From Octopus sinensis (Eukaryota), in contig NC_043001.1 of assembly GCF_006345805.1 (NCBI RefSeq), positions 17,546,001 to 17,610,000 on the forward strand: a stretch of 64,000 nucleotides of DNA. Direction: 5' to 3'. The position numbers and the translations under genes are program-made. The notes under the pieces were generated by a model. The model was given only the letters and a program-made list of their open reading frames with translations, had not been told where the DNA came from and searched no databases. Below, piece by piece: positions 48,401 to 61,339 of this stretch. Position 1 is the stretch's first letter. Every line of letters begins with the position of its first letter.

Positions 48401-48964
48401 TTAAATATATAAGGCGGCAAGCTGGCAGAAACGTTAGCACACCAGGCAAAATGCTTAGCGGTATTTCGTCTGCGTTACGTTGTGAGTTCAAATTCCGCCG
48501 AGGTCGACTTTGCCTTTCATCCTTTCGGGGTCGATAAATTAAGTACCAGTTAAGCACTGGGGTCGATGTAATCGACTTAATACCTATGTCTGTCCTTGTT
48601 TGTCCCCTCTGTGTTTAGCCCCTTGTGGGTAATAAAGAAATAGGTATTTCGTCTGTCTTAACATTCTGAGTTCAAATTCCACCGAGGTCAACTTTGCCTT
48701 TCATCCTTTCGGAGTTGATAAATTAAGTCCCAGTTGCATAATGGGGTTGATCTAATCGACTGACCCCGACCCCAAAAATTTTGGGCCTTGTGCCTATAGT
48801 AGAAAAGAATATTTAGATATATTAATAGACATAGGCATGGTTGGGTGGTTAAGAAGTTTGTTTCACAGCCACATGGTTCAGGCTCAATCCCACAGCCTGT
48901 ATCTTAGATAAGGGTCTTCTCCTGTAGCTCAAAGCCAATGAATATCATGTGTAAATTTGGTAGA

Positions 48965-49490
48965 CAAATCAAAATCAAAGTGAAATTCGATGATGGGCAT
49001 GAGCACAATATGAGCGTGATCGTTGACAGAGCAGCTAACGGGCTTCCGTGCCAGTGGAACATAAAAGGCACCATTCGAGTGTGATCGTTGCCAGCTTTGC
49101 CTTACTGGCACTTGTGCCCCGTGCTAGTAGGGTGCTAAGAGCACCATTCTAGCATGATCGTTGCCAGAGCGGCTAACTAGCCTCCGTGCCGGTGGTACGT
49201 AGGAGGCACCATTCGAGCGGGGTCGTTACCAGTGTCGCCTTACTGGCACCTGTGCCGGTGGCATGTGTAAAAAAATTCGAGCGAGGTCGTTGCCAGTACC
49301 GCCTGACTGGCCCTCGTGATGGTGGCACGTAAAAGCACCCACTACACTCTCGGATTGGTTGGCGTTAGGAAGGGCATCCAGCTGTAGAAACTGGAGCCTG
49401 GTGCAGCCATCTGGTTCGCCAGCCCTCAGTCAAAATCATCCAACCCATGCTAGCATGGAAAGCGGACATTAAACAACGATGATGATGATG
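48965..49490 (+). mobile_element. Family C repeat, the detached 3' UTR/tail of the RTE LINE; dozens of copies (e.g. 5955-6530 +, 21300-21770 -, 39360-39875 +)
   Basis: Internal repeats of about 65 bp, then GGAAGGGCATCCAGCTGTAGAAAC...GCATGGAAAGCGGAC-x-TTAAAC(GAT)n; the same sequence is fused to RTE ORFs at 3156 and 32390. Confidence 0.85.
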
Positions 49491-51594
49491 AAACTGCATA
49501 GAAGCCTGTCATACATTTTGTGTATGTGTGAGTGTGTGTGTGTGTGTGTATGCATGTATGCGAGCATATGTGTGATTGTGTGTCAATTGCTGGTTGAACT
49601 GAGTCTTTTGTTTACAGAGATCATGTCAGACATGTCAAGTTTCTGAAATATGCTTTCATCACACTGGACTAAAAATAAACAACACTGTTTGCTTGTGATA
49701 CCACTGTTTATTACTGACATATATACACGAAAAGATGAAAACAGTACAAACTCACTCTCTCTCCCACACACACACATTAAAACCAAATTTTTCAGTCTTT
49801 GTTTTGATATATATACTAACCCTGCAAATGTGATTCTCCATGACTTTCAATCAGTTTGTATGGCTTGTTTAAAATGGAAAACATCTGTAGATGGATGGAA
49901 CCACTCCGTCGGTTACGACGACGAGGGTTCCGGTTGATCCGAATCAACGGAACAGTCTGCTCATGAAATTAACGTGTAAGTGACTGAGCACTCCACAGAC
50001 ACGTGTACCCTTAACGTAGTTCTCGGGGATATTCAGCGTGACACAGAGTGACAAGGCCGGCCCTTTGAAATACAGGTACAACAGAAACAGGAAGTAAGAG
50101 TGAGAGAAATTTGTGGTGAAAGAGTACAGCAGGGATCACCACCATCCCCTGCCGGAGCCTCGTGGAGCTTTTAGGTGTTTTCGCTCAATAAACACTCACA
50201 ACGCCCGGTCTGGAAATTTATATCATCATCATCATCATTTAACGTCCGTTTTCCATGCTAGCATGGGTTGGACGGTTTGACCGGGGTCTGGGAAGCCGAG
50301 AAGCTGCACTAGGCTCCAGTCTGATCTGGCAGTGTTTCTACAACTGGATGTCCTTCCTAACGCCAACCACTCTGTGAGTGCAGTGGGTGCTTTTACATGC
50401 TACCAGCACAAGGAAGGCCCGATCGGTTGGTGGTTTTTATGTCCCACCAGCACGGAAGCCAGTTAAGGCAGCGCTGGCATCAGCCACGTTAGGATGGTGC
50501 TTTTTACATGATCTAATAAAAGATTGAGTTAGAATTCTTATGTTGATGAATATTAATTAGCATACAATTACAATTAATTAAGAACATTACAGCAAAATCC
50601 CTAGCAAATTCCTTGATATCATCATCATCATCGTTTAACATCCGTTTTCCATGCTGGCATGGGTTGGACGGTTTGACCGGGGTCTGGGAAACCAGGAGGC
50701 TGCACCAGGCTCCAGTCTGATCTGACAGTGTTTCTACAGCTGGATGCCCTTCCTAATGCCAACCACTCCGTGAGTGGTTTTAACTATAGGCACAAGGCCT
50801 GAAATTTTGGGGGAGGGGTCTTGTTGATTTCATCAACCCCAGTGCTCAACTATTTATTGCATTGACCCCGAAAGAATGACAGGCAAAGTAGGCTTCAGCA
50901 GAATTTGAACTCAGAATGTAAACACAGAATGCCACTAGGCCTTTTCTCTGACATGCTAACAATTCAGCCAGCTAACAGTCTCATATTCCGCAATATCGGT
51001 TTCAAACTTTGGCACAAGGCCAGCAATTTGAGGGAAGGGGATAAGTCGATTACATTGACCCCAGTACTCAACTGGTACTTATTTTATCGACCCTGAAAGG
51101 ATAAACAATCGTCATTGTCATCATCTATTTCTTTACTATCCACAAGGGGCTAAACACAGAGGGGTCAAACAAGGACAGACAAACGGACTAAGTAGATTAC
51201 ATTGACTCCAGTACGTAACTGGTACTTAATTTATCGACCCCGAAAGGATGAAAGGCAAAGTCGACCTCGGCAGAATTTGAACTCAGAACGTAATGGGCAG
51301 ACGAAATACGGCTACGCATTTCGCCCGGCGTGCTAACGTTTCTGCCAGCTCGTCATTGTGATCATCATCGTTTAACATCCGTTTTCCATACCAGCATGGG
51401 TTGGACGATTTGACTGAGGACTGGCAAACCAGGAGGCTGCACCAGGCTCCAATTTGATCTGGCAAGGTTTCTACAACTGGATGCCCTTCCTAATGCCAAC
51501 CAGTCCCGAGAGTGTAGAGGGTGCTTTTTTACATGCCACCAGCACTTCCTTAATATCATTAATTAACATATGTAAAAGATTAAGAATGACTTAC

Positions 51595-51806
51595 TTGATA
51601 ATTCTTGTTGATACTTTTCAACATTACACTTGTCCGATTAACCAGCTGTGTAAGAGCATTTCGCAAATCTTCTCTGGTCAGTTCCAATGGGTCTTCGATG
51701 TCAAAATTTACGCCATCGTAATGATACTTTTGAACTTCTTTAATTTGATCTTTGATCCATTGATTGCTATGAGTAATGTTTAAAAGCTGCTTAACTGGGT
51801 ACTTTA
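51595..51806 (-). CDS. CTBS: CTBS catalytic exon: VKYPVKQLLNITHSNQWIKDQIKEVQKYHYDGVNFDIEDPLELTREDLRNALTQLVNRTSVMLKSINKNYQ
   Basis: AG/GT bounded, 212 nt, phase 1 to 0; GH18 catalytic motif DGVNFDIE (chitobiase-type DxxNxDxE). Confidence 0.92.
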
Positions 51807-53417
51807 CTAAAATAATCAATAAAAAAATATTAAAAGCAATATTAAAAAATTCAATAAATTTTTGTAGCATTTTTAGCAATTATTCTCAATTCCGCCCCCC
51901 CCCCCCCATCTTTCTCTCTCCCTTTCACACACACACAATCATTATTATCATTATTTAACATCATTGAAACAAATTCGATGACTGGCACCCGTGCCAGTGG
52001 AGCGCTAACAGCTCCATCCGAGCAGGATCACTGCCAGAGCAGCTGTCTGGCTTCCATGCCGGTGGCACGTGAACAAAATATTCGAGCGAGGTCGTTGCCA
52101 GTGCCACTGGACTGACTCTTGTGCAGGTGGCACAAAAACACCATTCGAGCATGGTCGTTGCCAGTACCGCCTGACTGGCCCTTGTGCCGGTGGCACATAA
52201 AAGCACCCACTACTCTCGGAGTAGTTGGCGTTAGGAAGGGCATCCAGCTGTAGAAACTCTGCCAGATCAGATTGGAGCCTGGTGCAGCCATCTGGTTCGC
52301 CAGTCCTCAGTCAAAATCGTCCAACCCATGCTAGCATGGAAAGCAGATGTTAAATGATGATGACGATGATGGGTTTGGATGGTTTGACAGGAGCTGTGGC
52401 ATGTTCTGTAATCTGTTTTGGTTTGGTTTCTACATCTGGATGTGTTTCCTAGCACCAACCACTTCACAGGGTTTATTGGGTGCTTGCTTATATGGCACCA
52501 TCACCAGTGCTTTTAAAGTGGCACAATGACCAGTGCCCTTCATGGGTAAGCATTACCAAGATGGTTTTAGGATATCAATTCTGTTCTGTTCATCATCATT
52601 TAATTTTTCTACATTTGCATAATTTAAATAAGAATACGCTAGGGCAGATTTGTTTTTTTACACACCTGTTGCCAAACCACACCTGTTGCCAAACCACACC
52701 TGTTGCCAAACCACACCCATTTCCAGTAATAATCTTCCAGTCTACATCAAAGGCATTTAGCATGATTTTTATCTTTTATTTGTTTCAGGCATTAGATTGT
52801 GGCCATGCTGGGGCACCAGCTTGAAGAACTTTTAGCCAAATGAATTGACCCCAGTACTTTGTTTTAAGCCTGGTACTTATTCTATCGGTCTCATTTGCTG
52901 AATCACTAAGTTAGAGGGACATTAACACACCAACACCAGACAGTGGTGAGGAACAAACACACACAGAGGTATGATGAGCTTCCTTTAGTTTCCGTTGACG
53001 AAATCTTTTCACAAGGCCTTGGTTGGCCAGAGGCTATAGTGGGCGACACTTGCCCAAGGTAATACACAGTAAGACTGAACCCAGATCCATGTGGTTTGGA
53101 GACAAACTTCTTACCATGTAGCTAAGCCTGCTGTTGACACATACATAGATATATTTATACGGATAACATTGTAAGAATTTATAAACTTTCAAGACAACGT
53201 GAGATAATTAATTTTTGGAACTGTGGACCTAGAAGTGCTTAGGCTATAAATAATGCCACATAGATAATTAGGGAGTAGCTTGCTTGCAAACCACATGGTT
53301 CTTGGTTCAGTTCCACTGCGTGGCACCTTGGGCAAATGTCTTCTACTATAGCTTCAGGCCGACCAAAGCCTTGTGAGTGGATTTGGTAGACAGAAACTGA
53401 AAGAAGCCCTTTGTGTG

Positions 53418-53450
<33 letters not shown>

Positions 53451-53918
53451 TTGTGTGTATGTATGTTTGTGTGTGTGTGTGTTTGTGTGTGTGTATGTTT
53501 GTGTGTGTGTATGTTTGTCCCCCTAACATCACTTGACAACTGATGCTGGTGTGTTTACGTTCCCGTAACTTAGCGGTTCAGCAAAAGCGACTGATAGAAT
53601 AAGTACTAGGCTTACAAAGAATAAGTCCTGGGGTCGATTTGCTCGACTAAAGGTGGTGCTCCAGCATGGCCGCAGTCAAATGACTGAAACAAGTAAAAGA
53701 GTATATTTATATATATATATCTTGTCTGTAATAGATTTGTGACCATTCGGTGGTACAGAAGTATTTTTTGACTTCTATCATTAGCAATATAGGTACTCAA
53801 GTAGTACCCTTGTGTATATATGTACATATCTAATAATGTATGTATATATTTTATTAATTTGCCTGTACGGCTGATAATTTGCTTACCACTTGTGATGGTA
53901 TTTTAATAATACCATCCC

Positions 53919-53988
<70 letters not shown>

Positions 53989-53989
<1 letters not shown>

Positions 53990-54160
53990 GGTACAGGAGT
54001 GGCTGTGTGATAAGTAGCTTGCTTACCAACCACATGGTTCCGGGTTCAGTCCCACTGCATGGCACCTTGGGCAAGTGTCTGCTACTATAGCCTCGGGCTG
54101 ACCAAAGCCTTGTGAGTGGATTTGGTAGACGGAAACTGAAAGAAGCCCGTCGTATATATG

Positions 54161-54196
<36 letters not shown>

Positions 54197-54417
54197 TATG
54201 CGTGTGTGTGTTTGTGTGTCTGTCCCCCTAGCATTGCTTTACAACCGATGCTGGTGTGTTTATGTCCCTGTTACTTAGCGGTTCGGCAATAAGAGACCGA
54301 TAGAATAAGTACTGGGCTTACAAAAGAATAAGTCCCAGGGTCGAGTTGCTCGATTAAAGGCGGTGCTCCAGCATGGCCGCAGTCAAATGACTGAAACAAG
54401 TAAAAGAGTAAAAGAGT
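53989..54417 (+). mobile_element. tRNA-derived CORE-like SINE family B with internal (TA/TG)n. Other copies at about 4700-5085 (-), 5525-5895 (-), 22150-22600 (-), 25465-25850 (-), 36099-36488 (-), 38258-38686 (-), 44356-44755, 60900-61281, 63677-64000
   Basis: GGAGTGGCTGTGTGGTAAG A-box, GGGTTCAGTCCC B-box, CACCTTGGGCAAG CORE-like motif, (GTAAAAGA)n tail. Confidence 0.85.
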
Positions 54418-54529
54418 ATATATATATATATATATTATATATTATATATATATATATATATATAATATATATATAATAATAATAATATTAGAGAGTATGG
54501 CTAATAGTGGTTTTATCTCTAATTCATAT

Positions 54530-54585
<56 letters not shown>

Positions 54586-56282
54586 TATATAATTATGTAT
54601 GTATGTATGCATGCACAAATATTTTAGCTTGCTGTCAGAAGATGGAAATAAAATCAAAATATTTTGTAAATCAAATTGAAAGTTTACAGAAAACAAAACA
54701 TTACAAATATGACAGGATAAGCTTTTCTCATCAAATAGTTAACACTTGTACAATAATATGTATAATATATCAAGATATGGAAAAATACATATATTTACTT
54801 ATCTAAAAATAAAAAAATTAAAATGACATGACAGTTTTTTATGGGAAAAAAAATAAGTTCACTGATGACCAAACTAATGTGTAATTACTTGCTATTTATG
54901 TCAGTACAAATATTTCGTTAACGAGGATGACAATTACATATTAAATAATGAAATAGATTAGCAGAGTTGTCATGACAAAACTTGACATAAGATTTCACTG
55001 ATTTTTATGTGAATCGCATGTGCTTTACTTTGGGGGTTTTATTCATTTCAATCATTTTACTGCAGCCATGTTGAAGCAGCCCCTTTGAGGGCTTAGCTGA
55101 ACTAATCGACCCCTGTACTTTATTTTCTTTTTTTTCCAAACTGCTAATTTCTGGGGACATAAATAGGATCTTTTTGGTTTGAACGGCAGCTTTTAACATA
55201 ATTTCTAGGTAAATAAAAAATTTTAAACTTCGTATACTGGTAGACTGTGTTTATAAAACATCTTTTTCTCTTGGCTTTATTGAGAAAATTCTGTAGTTTG
55301 TAAGATATTTGTTGTTTTTTTTTCTTCAATTTCTGCAATTTCAACCAATCACTGATGTCTATTGAGTTAAAAAACATTCTGTTCCGTATGAATATGTCCC
55401 TCGTTTAAGAAACAGATTGGGTATCATTTGTGAAGAAAAAGATACCCTTCCCCCACCTCTAACCCTAACCCTAAAATAGATTGAAATGCAATAGATTGAT
55501 ACTAGGGTCATAATTATGGGTGACAATTTCATATGACACTGTTAGAAAAAACTGCCGTTCAAACCGAAAAGATCCCATAAATACACTGACACTAGTTGTC
55601 AGGTAGTTGTAGGGGACAAAATAATAAATAAATGCACCCTTTTAAAGCCTAACCAGGCTCATGGGCCCGGTTTCCCGGTTTCTATGGTGTATGTGTTCCC
55701 CAGCTGGATGGGACGCTAGTCCATCGCAGCGTTACTCAGTTTTGTCAGCTGAGTGGACTGGAGCAACGTGAAATGAAGTGTTTTGCTCAAGAACACAATG
55801 CGTTGCCTGGTCCAGGAATTGAAACCATAATCTTACGATCATGGTACTGACACCCTAAAAACTAAGCCATGTGCCTCCGCTATGTAGGGGACAAACACAA
55901 GCATAAAGATAAAGGCACACACACCCATACAGCTGGCAAAAATTAGTAGAAATTGTATTTCAAAGGGCCAGCATTGTCATATTCTGTGTCATGCTGAATC
56001 TCCTTGAGAACTCACATTAAGATTACACCATGTCTGTGGAGCGCTCAGCCACTTGCACATTAATTTCACAAGCAGGCCGTTCTGCTGATCAGATCAACTG
56101 GAACCCTCATCATCATAACCAATGATGTGCCAGTTTTAAATACAGGGTGGCCCAAAAGTTGGTTTACATTTATCACGTAAGCATTTTAAATTTCTTTTAA
56201 AACACGTTATTACATTCAAATTTCTATCTTACAATTAACTAAATTAGCATAGAATAATGGTTTCATATTTTTTTATAATTAA

Positions 56283-56319
<37 letters not shown>

Positions 56320-56543
56320 CAATAATGATAAAGGGTAAAATTAATTAATCAATTTATAATTAATAATCTTACCAAGTAGTTTGGTATGTTAAAAGAAGTA
56401 TTACTGTCCGGGAGATATCTTATGGTAATAGAATAATATTTTAATTGCTATTTCTAAATTTCGGTATGTGGTGAAGCAATTTTGCTAAACCCTAATTATA
56501 ATTATGTTTATAATTATAATAATTTTTGTATATATATATATAT

Positions 56544-57551
56544 TGTTACGGTTTGGCTAGTGCAGTATTTCTTGCTGACCCACTTTTGGGTGTGGCGCTG
56601 GCACGTCTGGAAGAAAAGTAACAGTCCTTTGTTTACTGGAAGATTAATGGGGTTTGGAGGGACCTTGTGACCTTGTGCGGTCGATTAGGGGTCAGAGAGA
56701 GATGTGAGGAAGAATCTAGCAGTAGTGAGAAAAAGATAGAGTAAGGAATCTCAGGGCAGATAGAGAGGGTATAAGCCGTAGAGACAGAGGGAGAGAGCAA
56801 GTGAGGTTTTAGGTAGTTGGTAGTCGGTCGTCAAAGAGCACAGACGGATCTTGGAAGTTGGCAAGGAGTTGGAATTTTAGGAGCAGGCGATTGGGATGCG
56901 AGAGTTGGCAAGCTGGAGTTAGCAGTATTGAGAGAGAGATGAGGTGCAGTATGGGACACTGGCGATTCTGTTAGGAATTAAGGTATTTAATTATGTATTG
57001 ATATGTGTCACGATGTAAAGAGACAGTGAAATGAACATTGTGAATTGAGTAGAGGACTTGTCGATGTGTCGATTATCGAGTTGTGGTATTTATGTTCAGA
57101 ATTGTGTTGATATGTGTAGAAAAAGACTTTAAAGAACTGTGAACGTTATCTGTTGAAGTGATTTGGAAAAGAACTGTTGTCTTCGGACGTGTACCTTTGA
57201 AATGCTGATGTATTGACCTTGTTGTGTCTCCGGACTGTTATATTGTTACTTGCATGTTGTTAAATGCTTTGATCTGTGGTATACCCGTATGATGTATTGA
57301 TTTGTTGTTTGCCTTAAATGCTTTGATGTTGTAACCATTGATTGTCATATAAACTAGTTGTTGAATGTAGGCCAGTTGTGCCTTGCCTCATTGCGTCTCT
57401 CTCGATTGCCTCTGGGCCGCTGCTGTTGTTGTTGTTGTTGTTGTGTATCTCTCCTCTCTCCGATGAGTTTCCGTAGCTTATTCGCTGCATCGAACGGGCC
57501 TGTGTGAGGATTTCCGTAACAGTTCGAATCGGAGGTCCCACCCTCGTAACA
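56544..57551. mobile_element. Solo LTR (1008 bp), probably Gypsy-type
   Basis: TGTTACG...CGTAACA inverted termini (TG..CA), ATAT 4-bp TSD inside (TA)n, TATA-like GGGTATAAG followed by a GA-rich run. Confidence 0.8.
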
Positions 57552-58305
57552 ATATATATATATGTACACACACACACACACACACACGCATATATCATTG
57601 TCATTTACCATCCATTTTTCATGCTGGCATGGGTTGGACAGTTTGACATGGAGGTGATTAACAGGGTGCTGTCTAGACTCCAGCTGTCTGTTGAAGCACA
57701 CTTTCTATGGCGACAATTATTCGGTTGCCATAATAAAACTCCAAGTTTTGGATGTCAGGGGGAAAATCTGCTCCGGCATCTCATCAGTTATTAAGACAAA
57801 CATATATATATATATATGTATAGAAATTAAATATAAAATATAAATTACAAAGTGGGACAAGAACGCAAAAACACACAAGGAGACGACACAAAAGAACAGC
57901 CGGGTCACTCGAAGCCTCTAATCTTCAGTCGGGAACCGGATCATCTTAGTAATTTCGGCTGTTTAATCTCGATATCACTCCGACCCGGCCAGCCCCTAGA
58001 AAAATCCAAACCACAGGCATTGGATTTCTTGGAAAGAGGGTCGAATGTATACGGAACAAAGACAGGATGCCACACGAATATAAATACAAGAAACAAAAAT
58101 ATATATAAAAAACAGAAATAAAAAACACGAAGGTGGACAGTACAAGGACAGGAGCGTCTTACGACTTTAGACAATTTTTAACTTATCTATATACGTATAT
58201 ATATATATATAATATATATATATATACAAAATAAGAAAATGGAGAAACACATCTTAATCAATGATCAACTACCAGATAATACCCAATCACATAATTTATT
58301 AAACC

Positions 58306-58549
58306 ATCTGGGAAGAGTCATTCTCTTTTAGTGTCTTATTATTTAACACACTTACCCGTTCAGTTTCCACTCATTTCTTCATTTTTTTCTAAACTTTTTG
58401 TTGTGTCTTGCAATCTTTTCAATAAATGACTATTGTAAAGATTGCAAGACACAAGAAAAAGTTTAGAAAAAAATGAAGAAATGAGTGGAAACTGAACCAG
58501 TGAGTATGTTAAATAATAAAGCACAAAAAGAGAATGACTCTCCCCAGAT
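58306..58549. repeat. Palindrome with arms of about 118 bp and a 6-nt centre
   Basis: ATCTGGGAAGAGTCATTCTC...CAATA aatgac TATTG...GAGAATGACTCTCCCCAGAT. Confidence 0.9.
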
Positions 58550-58647
58550 ACAACAAAATATGCTTCAACACACGATCTCACAACACCACTTGTATGACCC
58601 TGATGCTTGTTTACAGCTATCACATGAAGGCAAAACTTCAAGAATCT

Positions 58648-58679
<32 letters not shown>

Positions 58680-59066
58680 AACTGATAGGTGAAACTTGAA
58701 GTTGTACTCAACTTGATCTTTACAAGATATCTATCTACATACTTATATATTTATTATTCTTTTACAAGAATAATGTTGATAGTGACTTTGAAGTGTCAGT
58801 TTTCATTGGGCTTAACATTTTTGCTACCAACCCAGCTCAAATGGCATATGCCGTAGTGGTTAAAGAATCTTGCAAACCAAATTTGAAAACCAAATATATA
58901 TATATATATTTCTTCAAAAACTATGTCACTGTATGAAAAAATTTTATAACATTCTTCTGACATAATGACTCAAATATATTTTATAACCTTTTAAAACGAG
59001 CCTTCTGTAGTTTTTTCACATTTTACTATATATTCAACCACGTGCTTTCACACACCAACTTTCTCA

Positions 59067-59104
<38 letters not shown>

Positions 59105-59739
59105 CATGCCATGGATTGGGCTGTTTCACAAGAGCAAGCAAGCTAGAAGACTGCACCAAGCCCTACTGTCAGCTTTGGCATGGTTTCTTTGATTGGATGA
59201 CCTTCCAAATGCCAACCACCTTACAAAGAAGACTATGGGCTTTTATGTGGTACCAGCAGCAGTGGGGCCACCAAGTAGCTTGCTAGACAAGCTCCCTTAA
59301 CTAATGGGGAGGAGTACCGAAGGAGGTGACTTCATGTCAGGTGAAGAGAGAATAGAGTATGATAGTGTGAAAGAAACAAGTGTCTTACAGCTAAGAAGGT
59401 ATATGGTTACCTAAGAAGGTATATGGTTACAAAGGCGGTGAGCTGGCAGAAACGTTAGCACACCAGGCGAGATGCTTAGCAGTATTCCGTCTGCCGTTAC
59501 ATTCTAAGTTCAAATTCCGCCAAGGTCGATTTTGCCTTTCATCCTTTCGGGGTCAATTAAATAAGTACTAGTTACGCACTGGGGTCGATATAATCGACTT
59601 AATCCATTTGTCTGTCCTTGTTTGTCCCCTCTGTGTTTAGCCCCTTGTGGGTAGTAAAGAAATAGGTATATGGTTACCTCAGTAGGGAGAGAAGAGAGGG
59701 GAAGGAAAATGAGAGAGAAGTAATTAGAATTTTACTTAC

Positions 59740-59884
59740 CTAAACGTATCACTTTGACATTATGTTCATGAGCCAGACACATCAACCTGGTGTCCATATA
59801 ACCAAAAGTAACAATAGAGGTCACCTTATTCCAGTCATATTTCAACCAGGACTGCTTGCTTTGTTTTACACTGAAGATGAAGAT
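59740..59884 (-). CDS. CTBS: CTBS (di-N-acetylchitobiase, GH18) exon: IFIFSVKQSKQSWLKYDWNKVTSIVTFGYMDTRLMCLAHEHNVKVIRL
   Basis: Minus-strand ttcAG acceptor, GTAAGT donor, 145 nt; resembles vertebrate chitobiase exon 2 (W-x-x-YDW...LMC-x-AH). Exon 1 (signal peptide, CPC motif) not found in the window. Confidence 0.9.
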
Positions 59885-60258
59885 CTGAAAGTAACAAACA
59901 TATTCACAGAATTTCAATAAAATTTAACAACATCATCATCATCATCATCATTTAACGTCGCTCTCCATGCTAGCATGGGTTGGACGATTTGACTGAGGTC
60001 TTGCGAACCAGACTCCAATCTGATCTGGCAGAGTTTCTACAGCTGGATGCCCTTCCTAACGCCAACCACTCCGAGAGTGTAGTGGGTGCTTTTACATGCC
60101 ACCGGCACGAGGGCCAGTTTGGTGGTACTGGCAATGGCCACGCCCAAATGGTGCTCCTTACGTGCCACCTGCACAGAAGCTAGTCCAGCGGCACTGGCGA
60201 TGACCTCGCTAGAATGTTTCACGTGCCACCAGCACAAGTGCTTAACCAGTTTGATAAT

Positions 60259-60482
60259 AAAGATTGTTTGTCAACATAACATGGCAGTCCTTGTTTAGGA
60301 CAAATATTGCTATAATTTAGCCCCAGGAGTCATCATCTCCAGCTGGCTATACAACACAATCTGTGTCCTTATATTTTCAAACAAGGGAATTTATCCAGCT
60401 GGAGATGATGTCTCCTGGGGCTAAATTACAGCAACATTCGTCCTAAACCAGGACTGCCATGTTATGTTGGCAAACAATCTTT
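60259..60482. repeat. Inverted repeat with arms of about 88 bp and a spacer of about 48 bp
   Basis: AAAGATTGTTTGTCAACATAACATGGCAGTCC...CCAGCTGG / CCAGCTGG...GGACTGCCATGTTATGTTGGCAAACAATCTTT. Confidence 0.9.
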
Positions 60483-60745
60483 ACTCCAAAGTACTGTGGC
60501 TGAATATCTCTCATTGTGAGATTTAAAAATAGCAGTTTGATAATGTTCACTGCAAAAAATTTCAAATAGAATTTTGTATTAAGTTTTTATCAGTTTAATA
60601 AAATAGTGAATGAGAGATAATATTTTCAAATATTCTTTTCTCCCCAACCGGGGTCTGGGAAGCCAGGAGGCTGCGCCAGACTCCCACAAATATGTAGATG
60701 TAGGAAACCAACTTCTAAGTAACAACAGAAGTTTTTTATTAACCC

Positions 60746-60883
60746 TTTGCACAATACGGTGTCCTGGACACCATGATATCCGACAACGGTATGCAGTTTA
60801 CGGTGTATGTGTTTAAAAAACTTTGCAAAATGTACACCATTGAACACATCTTTATTCTGCCATATCACCCTAGATCAAAGTGT
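60746..60883 (+). mobile_element. Gypsy-type integrase core fragment
   Basis: FAQYGVLDTMISDNGMQFTVYVFKKLCKMYTIEHIFILPYHPRSKC matches the SDNGxQF...PYHPxSNG pattern. Confidence 0.8.
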
Positions 60884-61339
60884 AAATGTTCATGGATACA
60901 CAGTAGTGGCTGTGTGGTAAGTAGTTTGCTTACCAACCACATGGTTCCAGGTTCAGTCCCACCGCGTGGCGCCTTGGGCAAGTGTCTTCTACTATAGCCT
61001 TGGGCCAACCAAAGCCTTGTGAGTGGATTTGGTAGAGAGAAACTGAAGGAAGCCTGCCATGTATAAGTGTGTGTGTATATATATATATATATACCCAACA
61101 TCGCTTGACAACCAATGCTGGTGTGTTTATGTCCCTGTAACTTAGCAGTTCAGCAAAAGAGACCGATAGAATAAGTACTAGGCTTACAAAGAGTAAGTCC
61201 TGGGGTCGATTTGTTTGACTAAAGGCGGTGCTCCAGCATGGCCAAAGTCAAATGACTGAAACAAGTAAAAGAGTAAAAGAGTATATATATATATATAAAC
61301 TGCATAATAATATATATTAACAACATAAACTGAATAAGG

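Noticed and set aside
48990-49340. Repeat-spacer-like array resembling CRISPR (also at 3340-3620, 6020-6350, 21500-21770, 39360-39700)
   Set aside because: Eukaryotic context and no cas genes. The repeats are degenerate and the interspaces are homologous to each other and between copies. It is the tandem 3' UTR of an RTE LINE.
52671-52727. Three 17-bp tandem units (CACACCTGTTGCCAAAC)
   Set aside because: Ordinary short slippage duplication with no evidence of function.
55460-55474. Interstitial telomeric (TAACCC)n
   Set aside because: Only about 2.5 units, embedded in a dispersed repeat with inverted ends.
57720-57800. Minus-strand CTGATGAG...CGAAT hammerhead-like motif
   Set aside because: GAAA is not intact and stems I and III cannot be formed convincingly.
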